From positions 1,303-65,302 of the forward strand of contig JAKAKZ010000002.1 of assembly GCA_021824285.1 (NCBI GenBank): DNA of 64,000 bases. Direction: 5' to 3'. Within the stretch, counting starts at the first letter, position 1, and each line of letters opens with the position of its first letter. Positions 26,871-36,444 of this stretch are shown here, one piece after another. Position numbers and translations under genes: made by a program. This stretch comes from a bacterium (GTDB taxonomy: Bacteria > Patescibacteriota > Patescibacteriia > SG8-24). Under the pieces are notes generated by a model. The model was not told the DNA's origin. It did not search any database and was given only the letters and a program-made list of their open reading frames with translations.

Positions 26871-27248
26871 TCAGGCGATTTTCTTTTTGGTGCGGGCTGA
26901 CGTCCCGTTACGCGTCGGGGCCACCTTCGGCAGCACCGCCAGGATTCCCTCCAGTTCCTTGACCCGCAAACCCAGGATTTCGCACATCGCGGCCTGGGCC
27001 CGGGCCTTCGCCAGATCAGCGGCCAAAGTCTGGTCGCCGATGACGTCGTCGATCCACGCGGCGATGTCGTTCTTGCCGCCGGCCACATGGTGGGCGAACA
27101 TCTCCGGCGAGACCTTCGGCAGGGTGGCGGCCATCTGACTAAGACTGCGCACTACCGGTCCGTTGTGGAACCAGAAGGCTTTCCAGGCCGGCGACGCTTC
27201 AGCCAGATAGCGCTTGGCTTCGAGCGGTCCGATTATCTGTTTAGGCAT
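26871..27248 (-). CDS. conserved small protein of unknown function (paralog B), translationally coupled to GH57 gene
   Basis: AGGAGG SD inside GH57 3' end. ATG 2 nt after the GH57 stop. Paralog of 8728..9042. Confidence 0.6.
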   Translation of the reverse strand: MPKQIIGPLEAKRYLAEASPAWKAFWFHNGPVVRSLSQMAATLPKVSPEMFAHHVAGGKNDIAAWIDDVIGDQTLAADLAKARAQAAMCEILGLRVKELEGILAVLPKVAPTRNGTSARTKKKIA

Positions 27249-28455
27249 AAGTCTCACCTCCTTCCATGGCGAGACGCGCGCGCATGTCGGCGAGCGCGTT
27301 CATGTAGCTCACGTACGCCTCATAGGGCGATTCGTAAGGGTTGAAATAAGCGTGCACGTCACCGTCCGCGAACCACTTCGTGCACATGTAATAGAAATGA
27401 TCGGACGTCAGGAGCTTGCCCCAATCGTCGATCAAGGTCGCCCGGCCCGAAGCCTTCACCGGCTGTTCGAGCGCGTAAGCCGCGGCCAAGGCGTCGTCCT
27501 GCAGCGGATTGCCCTTCCAGGCCGACAGGTCGCGCTCTATGTCCGCCCACGACACGTAGTCGGGCACGTCCATTTCGGCGAGCGGCTGGTGCGCGGCCAC
27601 GAGTTCCGAAGGCGTCGCGAAGGAGTTGCCTGGATGGCGCAGGATCTGGTCGGGCAGGTGCCGCAGGAACTCGAAGATGCCCGTGTCCTCCCACTGATGC
27701 TCGCCGAACGTCTCATAGTCCATGAAGAGATTGACGCTCACGCTGTGACTGTCCACGGCATTAACCCAGCTGGCGAACTTGTCGGCCGTAAGGGGCCAAT
27801 CGTTCCAGGCGCGCGACGAGAACCGGAAGGCGATATCGTCCGAAAGGCGGTAATTCTTGAGCAGCAGGCTGATGCGGCGCGTGCCCGCGGGCCGGTAGAC
27901 GAAATTCGGGCTGCGCCAGCCGAGCACGCGATCAGCCCCCTCGGCGATGATGCCCTTAAACCCGAGCGCCTCCGCCTCCTGGGCCACGGCGTTGGAATAA
28001 ATCAGTTCCGTGTTACGGAAGACCTTCGGACGGACGCCGAAATGGCGCCGGACCGCGTCGCGGTGCAGGGCCACCTGGCGGCGGAATTCGTCCCGAGAAA
28101 AAAGGAAGGCCAGCGAATGGTGGTAGGTTTCGCCCAGAACCTCGGCCCGGCCGGTCTTGACGAGCGCCTTAAACGAGGCGAGGACTTCCGGCGCGTAGGC
28201 CGCGGCCTGCTCGAGAAAGGTCCCGGTGAAGGAATAGGAAATGCGGAATTCCGGGTGGCGTTCCAGCAGTTCCGCCATGACGCGGTTCGCCGGCAGGTAG
28301 CACTTGCGCGCCACCTTACGGAAAATCTCGGCGTTGTTCAGGTTGCCCTGCGCCTCGGTCGAAAAATAGTCGTGGTCCTGGCCGATGCGGAAATGCGAAT
28401 ACTGCTTGACCCGGAAGGGCTGGTGCACCTGGAAGTAAAGGCAGATCTTCGGCAT
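27241..28455 (-). CDS. glycoside hydrolase family 57 alpha-glucan-active enzyme
   Basis: N-terminal KICLYFQVHQP...YSFTGTFLEQ and catalytic region typical of GH57. Confidence 0.8.
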   Translation of the reverse strand: MPKICLYFQVHQPFRVKQYSHFRIGQDHDYFSTEAQGNLNNAEIFRKVARKCYLPANRVMAELLERHPEFRISYSFTGTFLEQAAAYAPEVLASFKALVKTGRAEVLGETYHHSLAFLFSRDEFRRQVALHRDAVRRHFGVRPKVFRNTELIYSNAVAQEAEALGFKGIIAEGADRVLGWRSPNFVYRPAGTRRISLLLKNYRLSDDIAFRFSSRAWNDWPLTADKFASWVNAVDSHSVSVNLFMDYETFGEHQWEDTGIFEFLRHLPDQILRHPGNSFATPSELVAAHQPLAEMDVPDYVSWADIERDLSAWKGNPLQDDALAAAYALEQPVKASGRATLIDDWGKLLTSDHFYYMCTKWFADGDVHAYFNPYESPYEAYVSYMNALADMRARLAMEGGETYA

Positions 28456-28459
28456 AGGT

Positions 28460-29692
28460 TCATTTGCCGCCGGTGCGGCTGACCACGGAATCGTAGAGGT
28501 TGCGGAGCTTCCGGCCGGTATCGCGCCAACCGCTCCGCTGGGCGTCGCGCCGCCCCTCCTGCCGCAGCGTCTCCTTAAGCGCCGGATAATTCAGGACCGC
28601 CAGGATTTTCGAGGCGGTCGCGTCCACATCCCAAAAATCGGCTTTGAAGCAGTGGCGTATGACCTCGGCTACGCCGGATTGGCGGGAAACCACGGACGGC
28701 AGGCCATGCGACATCGCTTCGAGCGCCGTGAGTCCGAACGGCTCGGAAACCGAGGGCATCAGGTAGACATCGGCCAGGCGATAAGCCGCGGCCAGCTGCC
28801 CATCGCGCAGGAAACCGGCAAAGGCGAACTTCCCGTCGAGACCGGCCTCCCTGACCTCGCGGCGCATCTGTCCTTCCATGTCGCCGGAACCGGCCACGAC
28901 GAAGTGCGTGTCCGGCCGTTCATTGGCGATCCGCCGCGCGACTTTGACGAACCAGTCCGGGCCCTTCTGTAGCGTCAGACGGCCGACGAAAAGCACGATT
29001 TTCTTTTCCGCGGCCTTCAGTTCGGCGATGCAGAACGGGGCTTCAGCCGCGTCCAGCGGCGGCTCTCCCGCATTATGGACCACCGTGACCTTGGCCGGGT
29101 CGACGCCGTAGTGCGAAATGACGGACTGCCGCGTGAATTCGCTGACGCAAATCACCTGATCAGCCGCGTACATGCCGGCCTTCTCGATCTCGTAGACCTC
29201 GCGGTTCGGCTGGCCGTTGCCCGTGCGGTCGAATTCCGTGGCATGCACGTGGACGACGAGCGGCTTACCGGAGACCTCCTTGGCCGCAAGACCTGCCGGA
29301 TAAGTCAGCCAGTCATGCGCGTGGATCACGTCGAAATCGTCGTCTTTGGCGATCTCCGCGGCACGCAGGGCGTACCAGACGACGCGGTCGATCAGGGACG
29401 TGCCGGGAATGGACGGAAAACCGCGCTGCTTGCCGCCGCGTAATCTGACGGCCCGCCAGCGGATCGGGCTGAGATAGGGGTTATATAATGAAGCGGCGTC
29501 GCCAGTGAGCGGGGTGTGCGGGTCGGCGAAACGCACGTCTTTGAGCGCATCGCCGGTATCCATGAGCTGCGGCAGAACGAAAATGACATCAACGCCCTCC
29601 TGCGCGAGACCGGTCACGATGCCTTTGCAGGCCACGCCGAGACCTCCCGAATTGTGGGGCGGAAATTCCCACCCGAACATCAGAACACGCAT
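28460..29692 (-). CDS. GT4-family glycosyltransferase (glycogen-synthase-like)
   Basis: MRVLMFGWEFPPHNSGGLGV N-terminus and C-terminal GT-B nucleotide-binding region. Confidence 0.8.
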   Translation of the reverse strand: MRVLMFGWEFPPHNSGGLGVACKGIVTGLAQEGVDVIFVLPQLMDTGDALKDVRFADPHTPLTGDAASLYNPYLSPIRWRAVRLRGGKQRGFPSIPGTSLIDRVVWYALRAAEIAKDDDFDVIHAHDWLTYPAGLAAKEVSGKPLVVHVHATEFDRTGNGQPNREVYEIEKAGMYAADQVICVSEFTRQSVISHYGVDPAKVTVVHNAGEPPLDAAEAPFCIAELKAAEKKIVLFVGRLTLQKGPDWFVKVARRIANERPDTHFVVAGSGDMEGQMRREVREAGLDGKFAFAGFLRDGQLAAAYRLADVYLMPSVSEPFGLTALEAMSHGLPSVVSRQSGVAEVIRHCFKADFWDVDATASKILAVLNYPALKETLRQEGRRDAQRSGWRDTGRKLRNLYDSVVSRTGGK

Positions 29693-29831
29693 TGGTTGAG
29701 TGCGCCGCCCGCCTTAACGCCTGAACAAAATCTCAAGTTATCCACAATAACAGCCCGAGTCATGCGCAGACGAATCGGTCGGCGACCTAATTATATTCCT
29801 ATGGTATAGGCTTGAAAAGAGGCGAACCCGG

Positions 29832-29858
29832 ATGTCGGCAGCCGTCCGCGCGACGGCT
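29832..29858. other. strong intergenic stem-loop (cggcagccgtc-cgcgc-gacggctgccg)
   Basis: 11-bp perfect stem in the 5' region of the CYTH-kinase gene. Confidence 0.4.
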
Positions 29859-29986
29859 GCCGCGCAAATCCCGCAATCCGCTGTTTGCTGGACCGTAAAT
29901 AGATAAAAATCGCGCGCGAAACATCGATTGACTTTCCCCTGCCCGCCGACTAAGCTCGACTCGCGTTCCTTAACTGGGAGAATGGC

Positions 29987-31078
29987 ATGGCCAAAGAGAT
30001 CGAACGGCGTTTCGTCGTCACGGGCATTGATCCGGACGTGCGCCGGTATCCGAGCCACGAGATCGTACAGGGCTACATCGACACCACGCCCGCGCAGAGT
30101 TTCCGGGTGCGGATCATCGACGACGTCCGCGGCAAGTTCACCAATAAGACCGGCGTCGGACTCGTGCGCGAGGAAGAGGAGGACGACTGCTGCCTCAAGG
30201 ACGCGCGCTTCATCATGAAGTGCTGTCCGCACAAGCTCAGCAAGACGCGCCACCTGCGCGAAGGCTGGGAAGTGGACTTCTTCCACGGACCGCTCGCCGG
30301 CCTGGTGCTCGCGGAAAAGGAGATGGCTTCGGTCAATGAGATCGTCCGTCTTCCGCCCTGGATCACCGGCGCGTACGAGGTGACCGAGTCGGTGACCAAC
30401 CAGCATCTGGCCTGGCTCGCCACCGAGCTCGCGTCCCTCGCCGAAGCGCGGCCGGATTCTCCGGTGCGCGACCTGCTGACGAAGCGTCTGCCCCGCATCG
30501 TCTTCACCGGCGGTCCCTGTTCCGGCAAGAGCACCGCGCTCGCCGCCGTGGCCAAGGAGTTCGCCGCGGCCGTGCACTGCGTCCCGGAGGCCGCCACCAT
30601 CGTCATCGCCCAGGTCGGCGCCAAGCCGCCGGTCGGCGATCCGCTCGGCATGCGGCAGTTCCAGCGCACGCTCATGCGCACGCAGGCGAACTTCGAGACC
30701 GTCTCGGAACTCCAAGCCAGCCGCGACCTGAAGCAGGCGATGATCGTGGACCGCGGCACCGTGGACGGCGCCGCCTACCTCGACGGCGATCTCGAACGGT
30801 TCGCGGCTGTCTGCCAGACGACTGTCGCGGCCGAGTACGGCCGCTACGACCTGGTGCTCTGCCTCGAGACGCCGCCGCGCGACGTCTACGACCGGATGGC
30901 GGGCAACAATGCCGCACGGTCCGAGCCCTACGACGCCGCGGCGCTGCTCGGCGCGCGGCTCCAGGACGTCTGGGCCGGACACCCCGGCTTCCGGCTCGTC
31001 CGGAACGGCGCTTCCTGGGAGGAGAAGCTCGACTCCGTGCGGCAGGCAATCTCCGATTTCCTCGCCGGCAAACGATGA
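29987..31078 (+). CDS. CYTH-domain (triphosphate tunnel metalloenzyme) fused to NadR-type ribosylnicotinamide-kinase-like P-loop domain (AAA_28-like)
   Basis: CYTH head EIERRFVV. P-loop IVFTGGPCSGKST resembling the NadR C-terminal kinase domain. Confidence 0.6.
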   Translation: MAKEIERRFVVTGIDPDVRRYPSHEIVQGYIDTTPAQSFRVRIIDDVRGKFTNKTGVGLVREEEEDDCCLKDARFIMKCCPHKLSKTRHLREGWEVDFFHGPLAGLVLAEKEMASVNEIVRLPPWITGAYEVTESVTNQHLAWLATELASLAEARPDSPVRDLLTKRLPRIVFTGGPCSGKSTALAAVAKEFAAAVHCVPEAATIVIAQVGAKPPVGDPLGMRQFQRTLMRTQANFETVSELQASRDLKQAMIVDRGTVDGAAYLDGDLERFAAVCQTTVAAEYGRYDLVLCLETPPRDVYDRMAGNNAARSEPYDAAALLGARLQDVWAGHPGFRLVRNGASWEEKLDSVRQAISDFLAGKR

Positions 31079-31082
31079 ACTT

Positions 31083-31108
31083 GGCGCCCCCGTACGGGGG
31101 CGTTTTTT
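31083..31108 (+). terminator. rho-independent terminator
   Basis: ggcgcccccgtacgggggcg + tttttt. Confidence 0.6.
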
Positions 31109-31133
31109 GTTTCCAAAAGAAAAAGAGGGGCGT

Positions 31134-31799
31134 TCACCCCTCCGCATCGTCGGTGCCGTCGCTGGACGGCGATTTCTGATCACGGCTGACGCCCGGCGAC
31201 ATTCTGGTCACGCCGACGGTGACCGTCATCTGCCCATGCGGCATCGCTGCCGTAGACGTACCGTCGTTCTTTGCGGCCTCGTCGCTGGCCCGGCCCAGGG
31301 CGTCGAGCTTCGGGCGGCTGGCTTCCTCGCGGTGACGGCGATAGGTGTCCGCCCAGCAGCGCGGCTCTTCGTCCGGCTCCATGCGCACACCGTAGAACAG
31401 TTCGATGTCGGCGTTGAAGGCCGCGGCCATCTCAAACATCTTCCAGTGCACGGCCCGGTAGCCACGCCGCACGTACTCGCGCTCCCAGAAGGTCCAAGAG
31501 TCGAGCAGCCGGTCAAAGCCGATGCCTTCGCCCATACAGGGCACGAAGCTCTCCGCATAGCCGAACCGAAGTCCGGCATGGATGTAACGCTTCAGCACGA
31601 AGCTGTCGGAAGCGAGCCGCACCAGCCGGGCCGCCAGGCCGAATCGACGGTCGTCCGTCCCGTCGCGCTCCGGCCCTTCGTGCCACCAGGCGACGATGAG
31701 CAGCAGCAGGATAGTGGCCGCGGACAGGACGGACAGCGCCAGCAACACCTCAAAGACGGCTTTGGCCATTGCCGAATAATAAAGAGCGGTGATGTCCAT
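31134..31799 (-). CDS. membrane-anchored hypothetical protein
   Basis: N-terminal TM (VFEVLLALSVLSAATILLLLIVAWW) plus soluble domain. Confidence 0.5.
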   Translation of the reverse strand: MDITALYYSAMAKAVFEVLLALSVLSAATILLLLIVAWWHEGPERDGTDDRRFGLAARLVRLASDSFVLKRYIHAGLRFGYAESFVPCMGEGIGFDRLLDSWTFWEREYVRRGYRAVHWKMFEMAAAFNADIELFYGVRMEPDEEPRCWADTYRRHREEASRPKLDALGRASDEAAKNDGTSTAAMPHGQMTVTVGVTRMSPGVSRDQKSPSSDGTDDAEG

Positions 31800-31954
31800 G
31801 TGTTTTCTCCCGAAAGAGCCGCGCTGACCCTAGCGCTTTCGAAGCGAAAAGTCAATTTGGATGGTTTAACGGTTTAGGGGTCTAAGGGTCTAGAAGTGAA
31901 AGTAATAAAACCGCGCCTGATAAGGGTGCGGTTTTGATGTCTGAACGGCACGGC

Positions 31955-32041
31955 CCCTAAACTTCTTCCCGCCTTTCGGGCGGGACCCCGCCTTCCATGA
32001 AACAAAGTCAAGTGGCGGGGAAACCTCTAGACTTCTAAACC
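31955..32041. repeat. composite intergenic repeat, copy 4 (same as 8378..8456)
   Basis: cctaaacttcttcccgcctttcgggcgggaccccgcc ... agtggcggggaaacctctagacttctaaacc. Confidence 0.7.
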
Positions 32042-32071
32042 CAACGGCCATTCGGCCTCTCCACTTCCGCC

Positions 32072-33445
32072 TCACGGAAACAGTGCCTCCGTCAGCTTGG
32101 CGTGCATGTCGCGGCCAGGAACGAAAGCCAGCTCCGCGGCCGCCGTACGGCTCATGCGGATACGTATCGACCGCACGATACCCTTGCCGCTGCCGTCCAC
32201 ATAGGCCCGTACCGGGCGTTTGACCGGATCAAGCGATTCGATCAGCAGTTCCGCTCCGAAGGGAAGATGCGCTGATTTCCAGCCGGTGGGTTCGGCCACA
32301 TTCGAACCGACGACCAGGAAAGCCCGCGCGTCCGCCGGCAGCGGAGTCGCGCCCATGGCCTTGGCATAGGCCGTGGAACCTACCGCCGTGGACGCGAGCG
32401 CGCCATCGGCGACCAGCCGACCGATACGGACTTCGCCGTCCACGGTCATGCGCAGCCAAGCCGCCTGGCCGCCGGCCCGCTCGACCCAAGCGTCGTTGAT
32501 GGCGTAGTGCTGCGTGATCCGGCCGGACATGTCTTCGGTCTCCACGTACAGCAGCGGCATCAGCTGGACGTCCAGTTCGCGTGCCAGCGCGGACGGGCCG
32601 GAAAGCGCGCCGGGGTCGTTCAGCAGATGGCCGCGGTGGCCCACATTCAGGCCGATGAACGGCAGACGCAGCTTCCAGTGCTGGCGCACGGCGCGGATCA
32701 TCGTGCCGTCGCCGCCGGCCACCAGAACGCAGTTGGCCGCCTCCGGACCGACCGATGCGAACCCGCCGGCCAGCCGGCGGGCCTCCGGATTGAGTTCGTC
32801 GAAGACCGCAAGCGGCCGCGGCTCGGAAAGCGAGAACGGTTTCGGCCGGACCGGGGCCGCCGCGTGATACAGGCCATGGCGGTCGACATAGGAAGCCACC
32901 TCGGGCGTCAGCAGCTCATCGTATCGCGTGCCGCGGAAAATCCGTTCCCGCACTTCGCCGCTGGCGCCGCTCTGTCGTGTGGGTACGAAAAGATGCCGCG
33001 GCGGTAGATCGGCCTCCTCGAGGCCGTAGCCGTCGCGCTGGATGACCGCGAAGTTCAGCTTGCCCCAGAGTTCGCGACCGCCTTCCCAGGAGCCGTGGAC
33101 GAACGACCGTCCCGCACCGCCGCCGCGCAGCATGTCCGTACCGACCGCGTGCCAAACCTCCCCTTCCTGACCGTAACGTTCCTCCAGGATGTGAGTCCGC
33201 GTGAAACGCGCGTGCTCCAGATCGGAATAGTCGACTCGCACCCCGGGCAGACCGCGAAAAGCCAGATCCGCCATCACCGCGCGGTGCAGCGGATCGATGA
33301 GCCCAGGCACCGGGCGGTCCGGCCGCGGTCCGCCCGGCACCACGATGATCTCGTCGAACAGGCGCAACAAAGCCTCCACGGCGGCGCGATGGTGCCGTCC
33401 CGGAGGGTTGAACGTGCCGCTGAAGATGGCCAGTCGCTTGGACAT
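32072..33445 (-). CDS. bifunctional NadD-like nicotinate-nucleotide adenylyltransferase / NAD kinase fusion
   Basis: N-terminal GTFNPPGRHH (GxFxPxHxxH). C-terminal GGDGTMIRAV and DGALASTAVGSTAYAKAMGATP NAD-kinase motifs. Confidence 0.7.
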   Translation of the reverse strand: MSKRLAIFSGTFNPPGRHHRAAVEALLRLFDEIIVVPGGPRPDRPVPGLIDPLHRAVMADLAFRGLPGVRVDYSDLEHARFTRTHILEERYGQEGEVWHAVGTDMLRGGGAGRSFVHGSWEGGRELWGKLNFAVIQRDGYGLEEADLPPRHLFVPTRQSGASGEVRERIFRGTRYDELLTPEVASYVDRHGLYHAAAPVRPKPFSLSEPRPLAVFDELNPEARRLAGGFASVGPEAANCVLVAGGDGTMIRAVRQHWKLRLPFIGLNVGHRGHLLNDPGALSGPSALARELDVQLMPLLYVETEDMSGRITQHYAINDAWVERAGGQAAWLRMTVDGEVRIGRLVADGALASTAVGSTAYAKAMGATPLPADARAFLVVGSNVAEPTGWKSAHLPFGAELLIESLDPVKRPVRAYVDGSGKGIVRSIRIRMSRTAAAELAFVPGRDMHAKLTEALFP

Positions 33446-33628
33446 GATTGCGAATCGGGATATCCGATATCAGAGTTCGGAAGGCAGAAAGCGCATATCG
33501 CCGCTGGGAGCGCCGCTGTCCTCCCGCTGAAAAAATATCCTAATCGCAAAACGCCGCAAAAGCAACCAAGGGCCCGCCGATATGCAACATCGATTGTTTG
33601 GTCTCTGATATCCGAATCCGCCCAATAC

Positions 33629-34585
33629 CTACTTCAGCCCGCACCGCGCCTGCACTGCGGCGATATCGCCGGCCGACAGCGCACCGGTCAATCCCTCGTT
33701 CAGGCGGTACATGACGTCCGTCTGATTCTCCGAGTGCTCCAACCCCAAGGCGTGCCCCAGCTCATGCATCAGCACACGGACCAATTGGGTGCGGTCATCG
33801 AACTCGTAGATATCGATATGGTTGCCTTCCGGTGCGCTGACGTACCGGCCCTCCTGGAACTCGCCGCCGCGCTGGCCGACGATGTCGTTGTAAGCGGACG
33901 CGGTCTTATTCAGCTTTGCGCCCAACCGATTTAGTGTGGTCACCATGGCGTTCATCTGGTCGACTTGGGCGTTCAGCTCCAGCGCCCGGGCATTCAGCCC
34001 ATCGGCCAACGTCCGCAGAAACGCCTTCTCCTTGTTGAGCTGCACGAAATCATCCTGCGGCGCGCCGCCTTTGGCGTTCCAGGACGCGACTTCCGCTTCG
34101 TACTGCGACTTGCGGGCCTCGAAGGCGGCGCTGTCGCTGCGGTAGGAAGCCACGGCGGCATCATGGGCCGCCTTCTCCGCGTCATAGCGCGTCTTCAGCA
34201 AATCGTAACTGGACCCGTCATCCTTGAAGGTGATGCCTAAGGACTTCAACTTGTCGGTCGCGGCCTGGCGCTCGTCGTAAATCAGGTTGATCTCCAGCTC
34301 ACCGCCCGCAGCCGGGCGGAACAGCTCCCGACCGGTCGGCCCGTCCCAAGCCCGCACCGCTTCTGCGACGGCAGCCTCAAACTCGCCGCGTCCCAGGCCG
34401 AACCGGCCGTCAAAAGTCGCGACCGAATAGGTAATCGGCTGGGCGCACGGAAAGTAGCGGTCCTGCAGGATGTGCAGGCCGCGCCCGATCGGCAGGCGGT
34501 TGGCGTATGCGAATACGGCGACGGCCGCGAGCAGGGCGACCTCGAAGATGACTGGCAGGTAACGGCTGAAAATATTACGTTCCAT
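33629..34585 (-). CDS. matrixin-like (metzincin) zinc metalloprotease with long coiled-coil insertion
   Basis: HELGHALGLEHS (HExxHxxGxxH). N-terminal TM. About 130-aa Ala/Gln-rich helical insert between the N-terminal subdomain and the active-site helix. Confidence 0.7.
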   Translation of the reverse strand: MERNIFSRYLPVIFEVALLAAVAVFAYANRLPIGRGLHILQDRYFPCAQPITYSVATFDGRFGLGRGEFEAAVAEAVRAWDGPTGRELFRPAAGGELEINLIYDERQAATDKLKSLGITFKDDGSSYDLLKTRYDAEKAAHDAAVASYRSDSAAFEARKSQYEAEVASWNAKGGAPQDDFVQLNKEKAFLRTLADGLNARALELNAQVDQMNAMVTTLNRLGAKLNKTASAYNDIVGQRGGEFQEGRYVSAPEGNHIDIYEFDDRTQLVRVLMHELGHALGLEHSENQTDVMYRLNEGLTGALSAGDIAAVQARCGLK

Positions 34586-34597
34586 GGTTTTATTCGA

Positions 34598-36363
34598 TCA
34601 ATGCGGCAATTCTCCGGTCGCGGGCTGCTCGGCGCGGTCGCCGGCCATAGCCGCGTATCTGGCGGCCGAATCGGTGTCCCCCTGACTGCGGGCCAAGGCG
34701 GCCAGTAGCCGGAAGACATCGGCCCGGGCCGCCGGATCCGCCAGGCGGCCGGCGAGCCGCTCAAGAGTCTGGCTGGCCTCGGCTGGTCGGCCGCTGTCCA
34801 GATAACTCGCGGCCAGCGACTTATAGGAAAACAGGAAATTCGGATCGAGTTCCAGGGCCTTGCTGAACGCCGCGACGGCCTTCTCCATCTCGCCGCGCTG
34901 CCGCCACATGGTACCGATGTTGTGGTAGGCCACCGGATTGCCGGGATCCAAGGCGATCGCCCGCTCATAGATCGGCAGGGCCTCATCATAGCGTCTGGCC
35001 TCGTCATAGGCCATACCGAGGTTGTTGAGGACGCGGTAAGACGGTTGGGCGTGCTCCAGAAGCTGATTATAGAACGTTATTGGATCGTGCCACTCGCGGT
35101 TCCGCAGCACGGTACGCGCCGAAAGGAGGGCCAGAAACAGCACGGCCAATCCCACGCCGAGGCGGCGCAGCATCAGCCCGGAAGCCGGCCGCCGGGCGGC
35201 CACCCAGGCGCAAGCGGCCGCGAAACCGCCGGCGACCGCGAAAAACCACCCCAAGAGCGGCGAGTAAAGCCAGTGTTCGTAGAGCAGGGCGCTGTTCGGT
35301 ACGAGCAGGTTGGTGTTCGGCAGGATGCGGATGAAGAACCAGGCGATGCCGAAAGCGGCCTCCGGCAGGCGTTTCCAGGATGCGACGGCCGCGGCAAGCA
35401 GCGCGGCGCAGAGCAGGGCGCCGCCAGCCACGTCCCAGGACCAGAACGACAGGGCCACCGGCACGGCCCGTTCCATGTATAAGGTGACGGGCGCGACGAG
35501 CAGCGCCGCATAGACCGTCATCACCCGGAAGAAGGTGAACAGCCGCACGTGGAAGTTCTCGGTGAAGGGCGTCTCCCGGCCGTAGAGGTTGGTGATGTGG
35601 TTGAAATTCAGGGCCGTGAGCCGCAGCAACGCGTAACCGCCGAGCAGGACCAGGAAGGGCCAGGCCGCGCGGAGGATGTCGATGGCATAATTCTTCAATG
35701 ATTTACCGCGGCCGTTCGCAAACCAGTCGCAGAGCACGATGAGCGCCGGCAGGGCGATGGCCGTCTCCTTGGTGAGCAGCGAAAGCAAGAACAGGAAGAT
35801 CGACCCCCAATAGATCGGATCTTCTGCCTTGGGGTCGCCCTCGTCCCGGTGCCGCAGGAACAGCAGGATGCTGCCGAGCATCAGTAGGATGGCCAGCGGA
35901 TCGCCGCGGCCAGAGACGTAGGTGACGGCTTCGGTCTGGAGCGGATGGACCAGGAAAACGAGGCTGGCAAAGAGCGCCAAGCCGCGCCGCGCGAACAGCC
36001 GATCCAGGAGGGCGTAGGCCAAGATGGCCGCCGCGATATGGATCAGCGTGCTGACGACGTGATAGCCGAACGGCGCCGCGCCCCACAGGTGCCATTCCGT
36101 GGCGTAGAGGATGAGCAGCAGCGGGCGCCAGTAGTTGCTGACCAGGCCAGAGCCGGCGATGAGGTTCTCGCTGAAGAACTTGGGCAGATTCGCCCAGTCG
36201 CGGATGAAGACGTTGTTGAGAATGCCGTCCTGATCGTCCCAAAACAGCTGGTTGCCGAAGGAATTGGCGTACAGCGCCAAACCGAGGACCAAAAAGGCCA
36301 GCGCAACGATACGAAAAGCGAACCGGCGGTCATGCAGAAAACGGTCGCGCAGTGCGGCGAGCA
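34598..36363 (-). CDS. polytopic membrane protein with C-terminal TPR repeats (PMT/ArnT-like GT39-type N-terminal domain)
   Basis: Multiple TM helices. C-terminal TPR (YRVLNNLGMAYDEARRYDEALPIYERAIALDP...). Start chosen at MLAAL (36363). Track ORF extends to 36469 through the (GA)n repeat. Confidence 0.6.
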
Positions 36364-36420
36364 TATATGGGAAGTATACATCGGCAGGGTCTGGGAGTGT
36401 AGGAGCCGGGTTAAGAGGTC

Positions 36421-36444
36421 GAGAGAGAGAGAGAGAGAGAGAGA
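36421..36444. repeat. (AG)12 dinucleotide microsatellite
   Basis: agagagagagagagagagagagag, followed by partial inverse ctctttctctctcc. Lies in the divergent region between 34598..36363 and 36487..36798. Confidence 0.9.

Noticed and set aside
2640-32045. Possibility that the repeated palindromes form a CRISPR array
   Set aside because: Copies are tens of kb apart, in both orientations, not regularly spaced and without spacer structure. No cas genes were seen.
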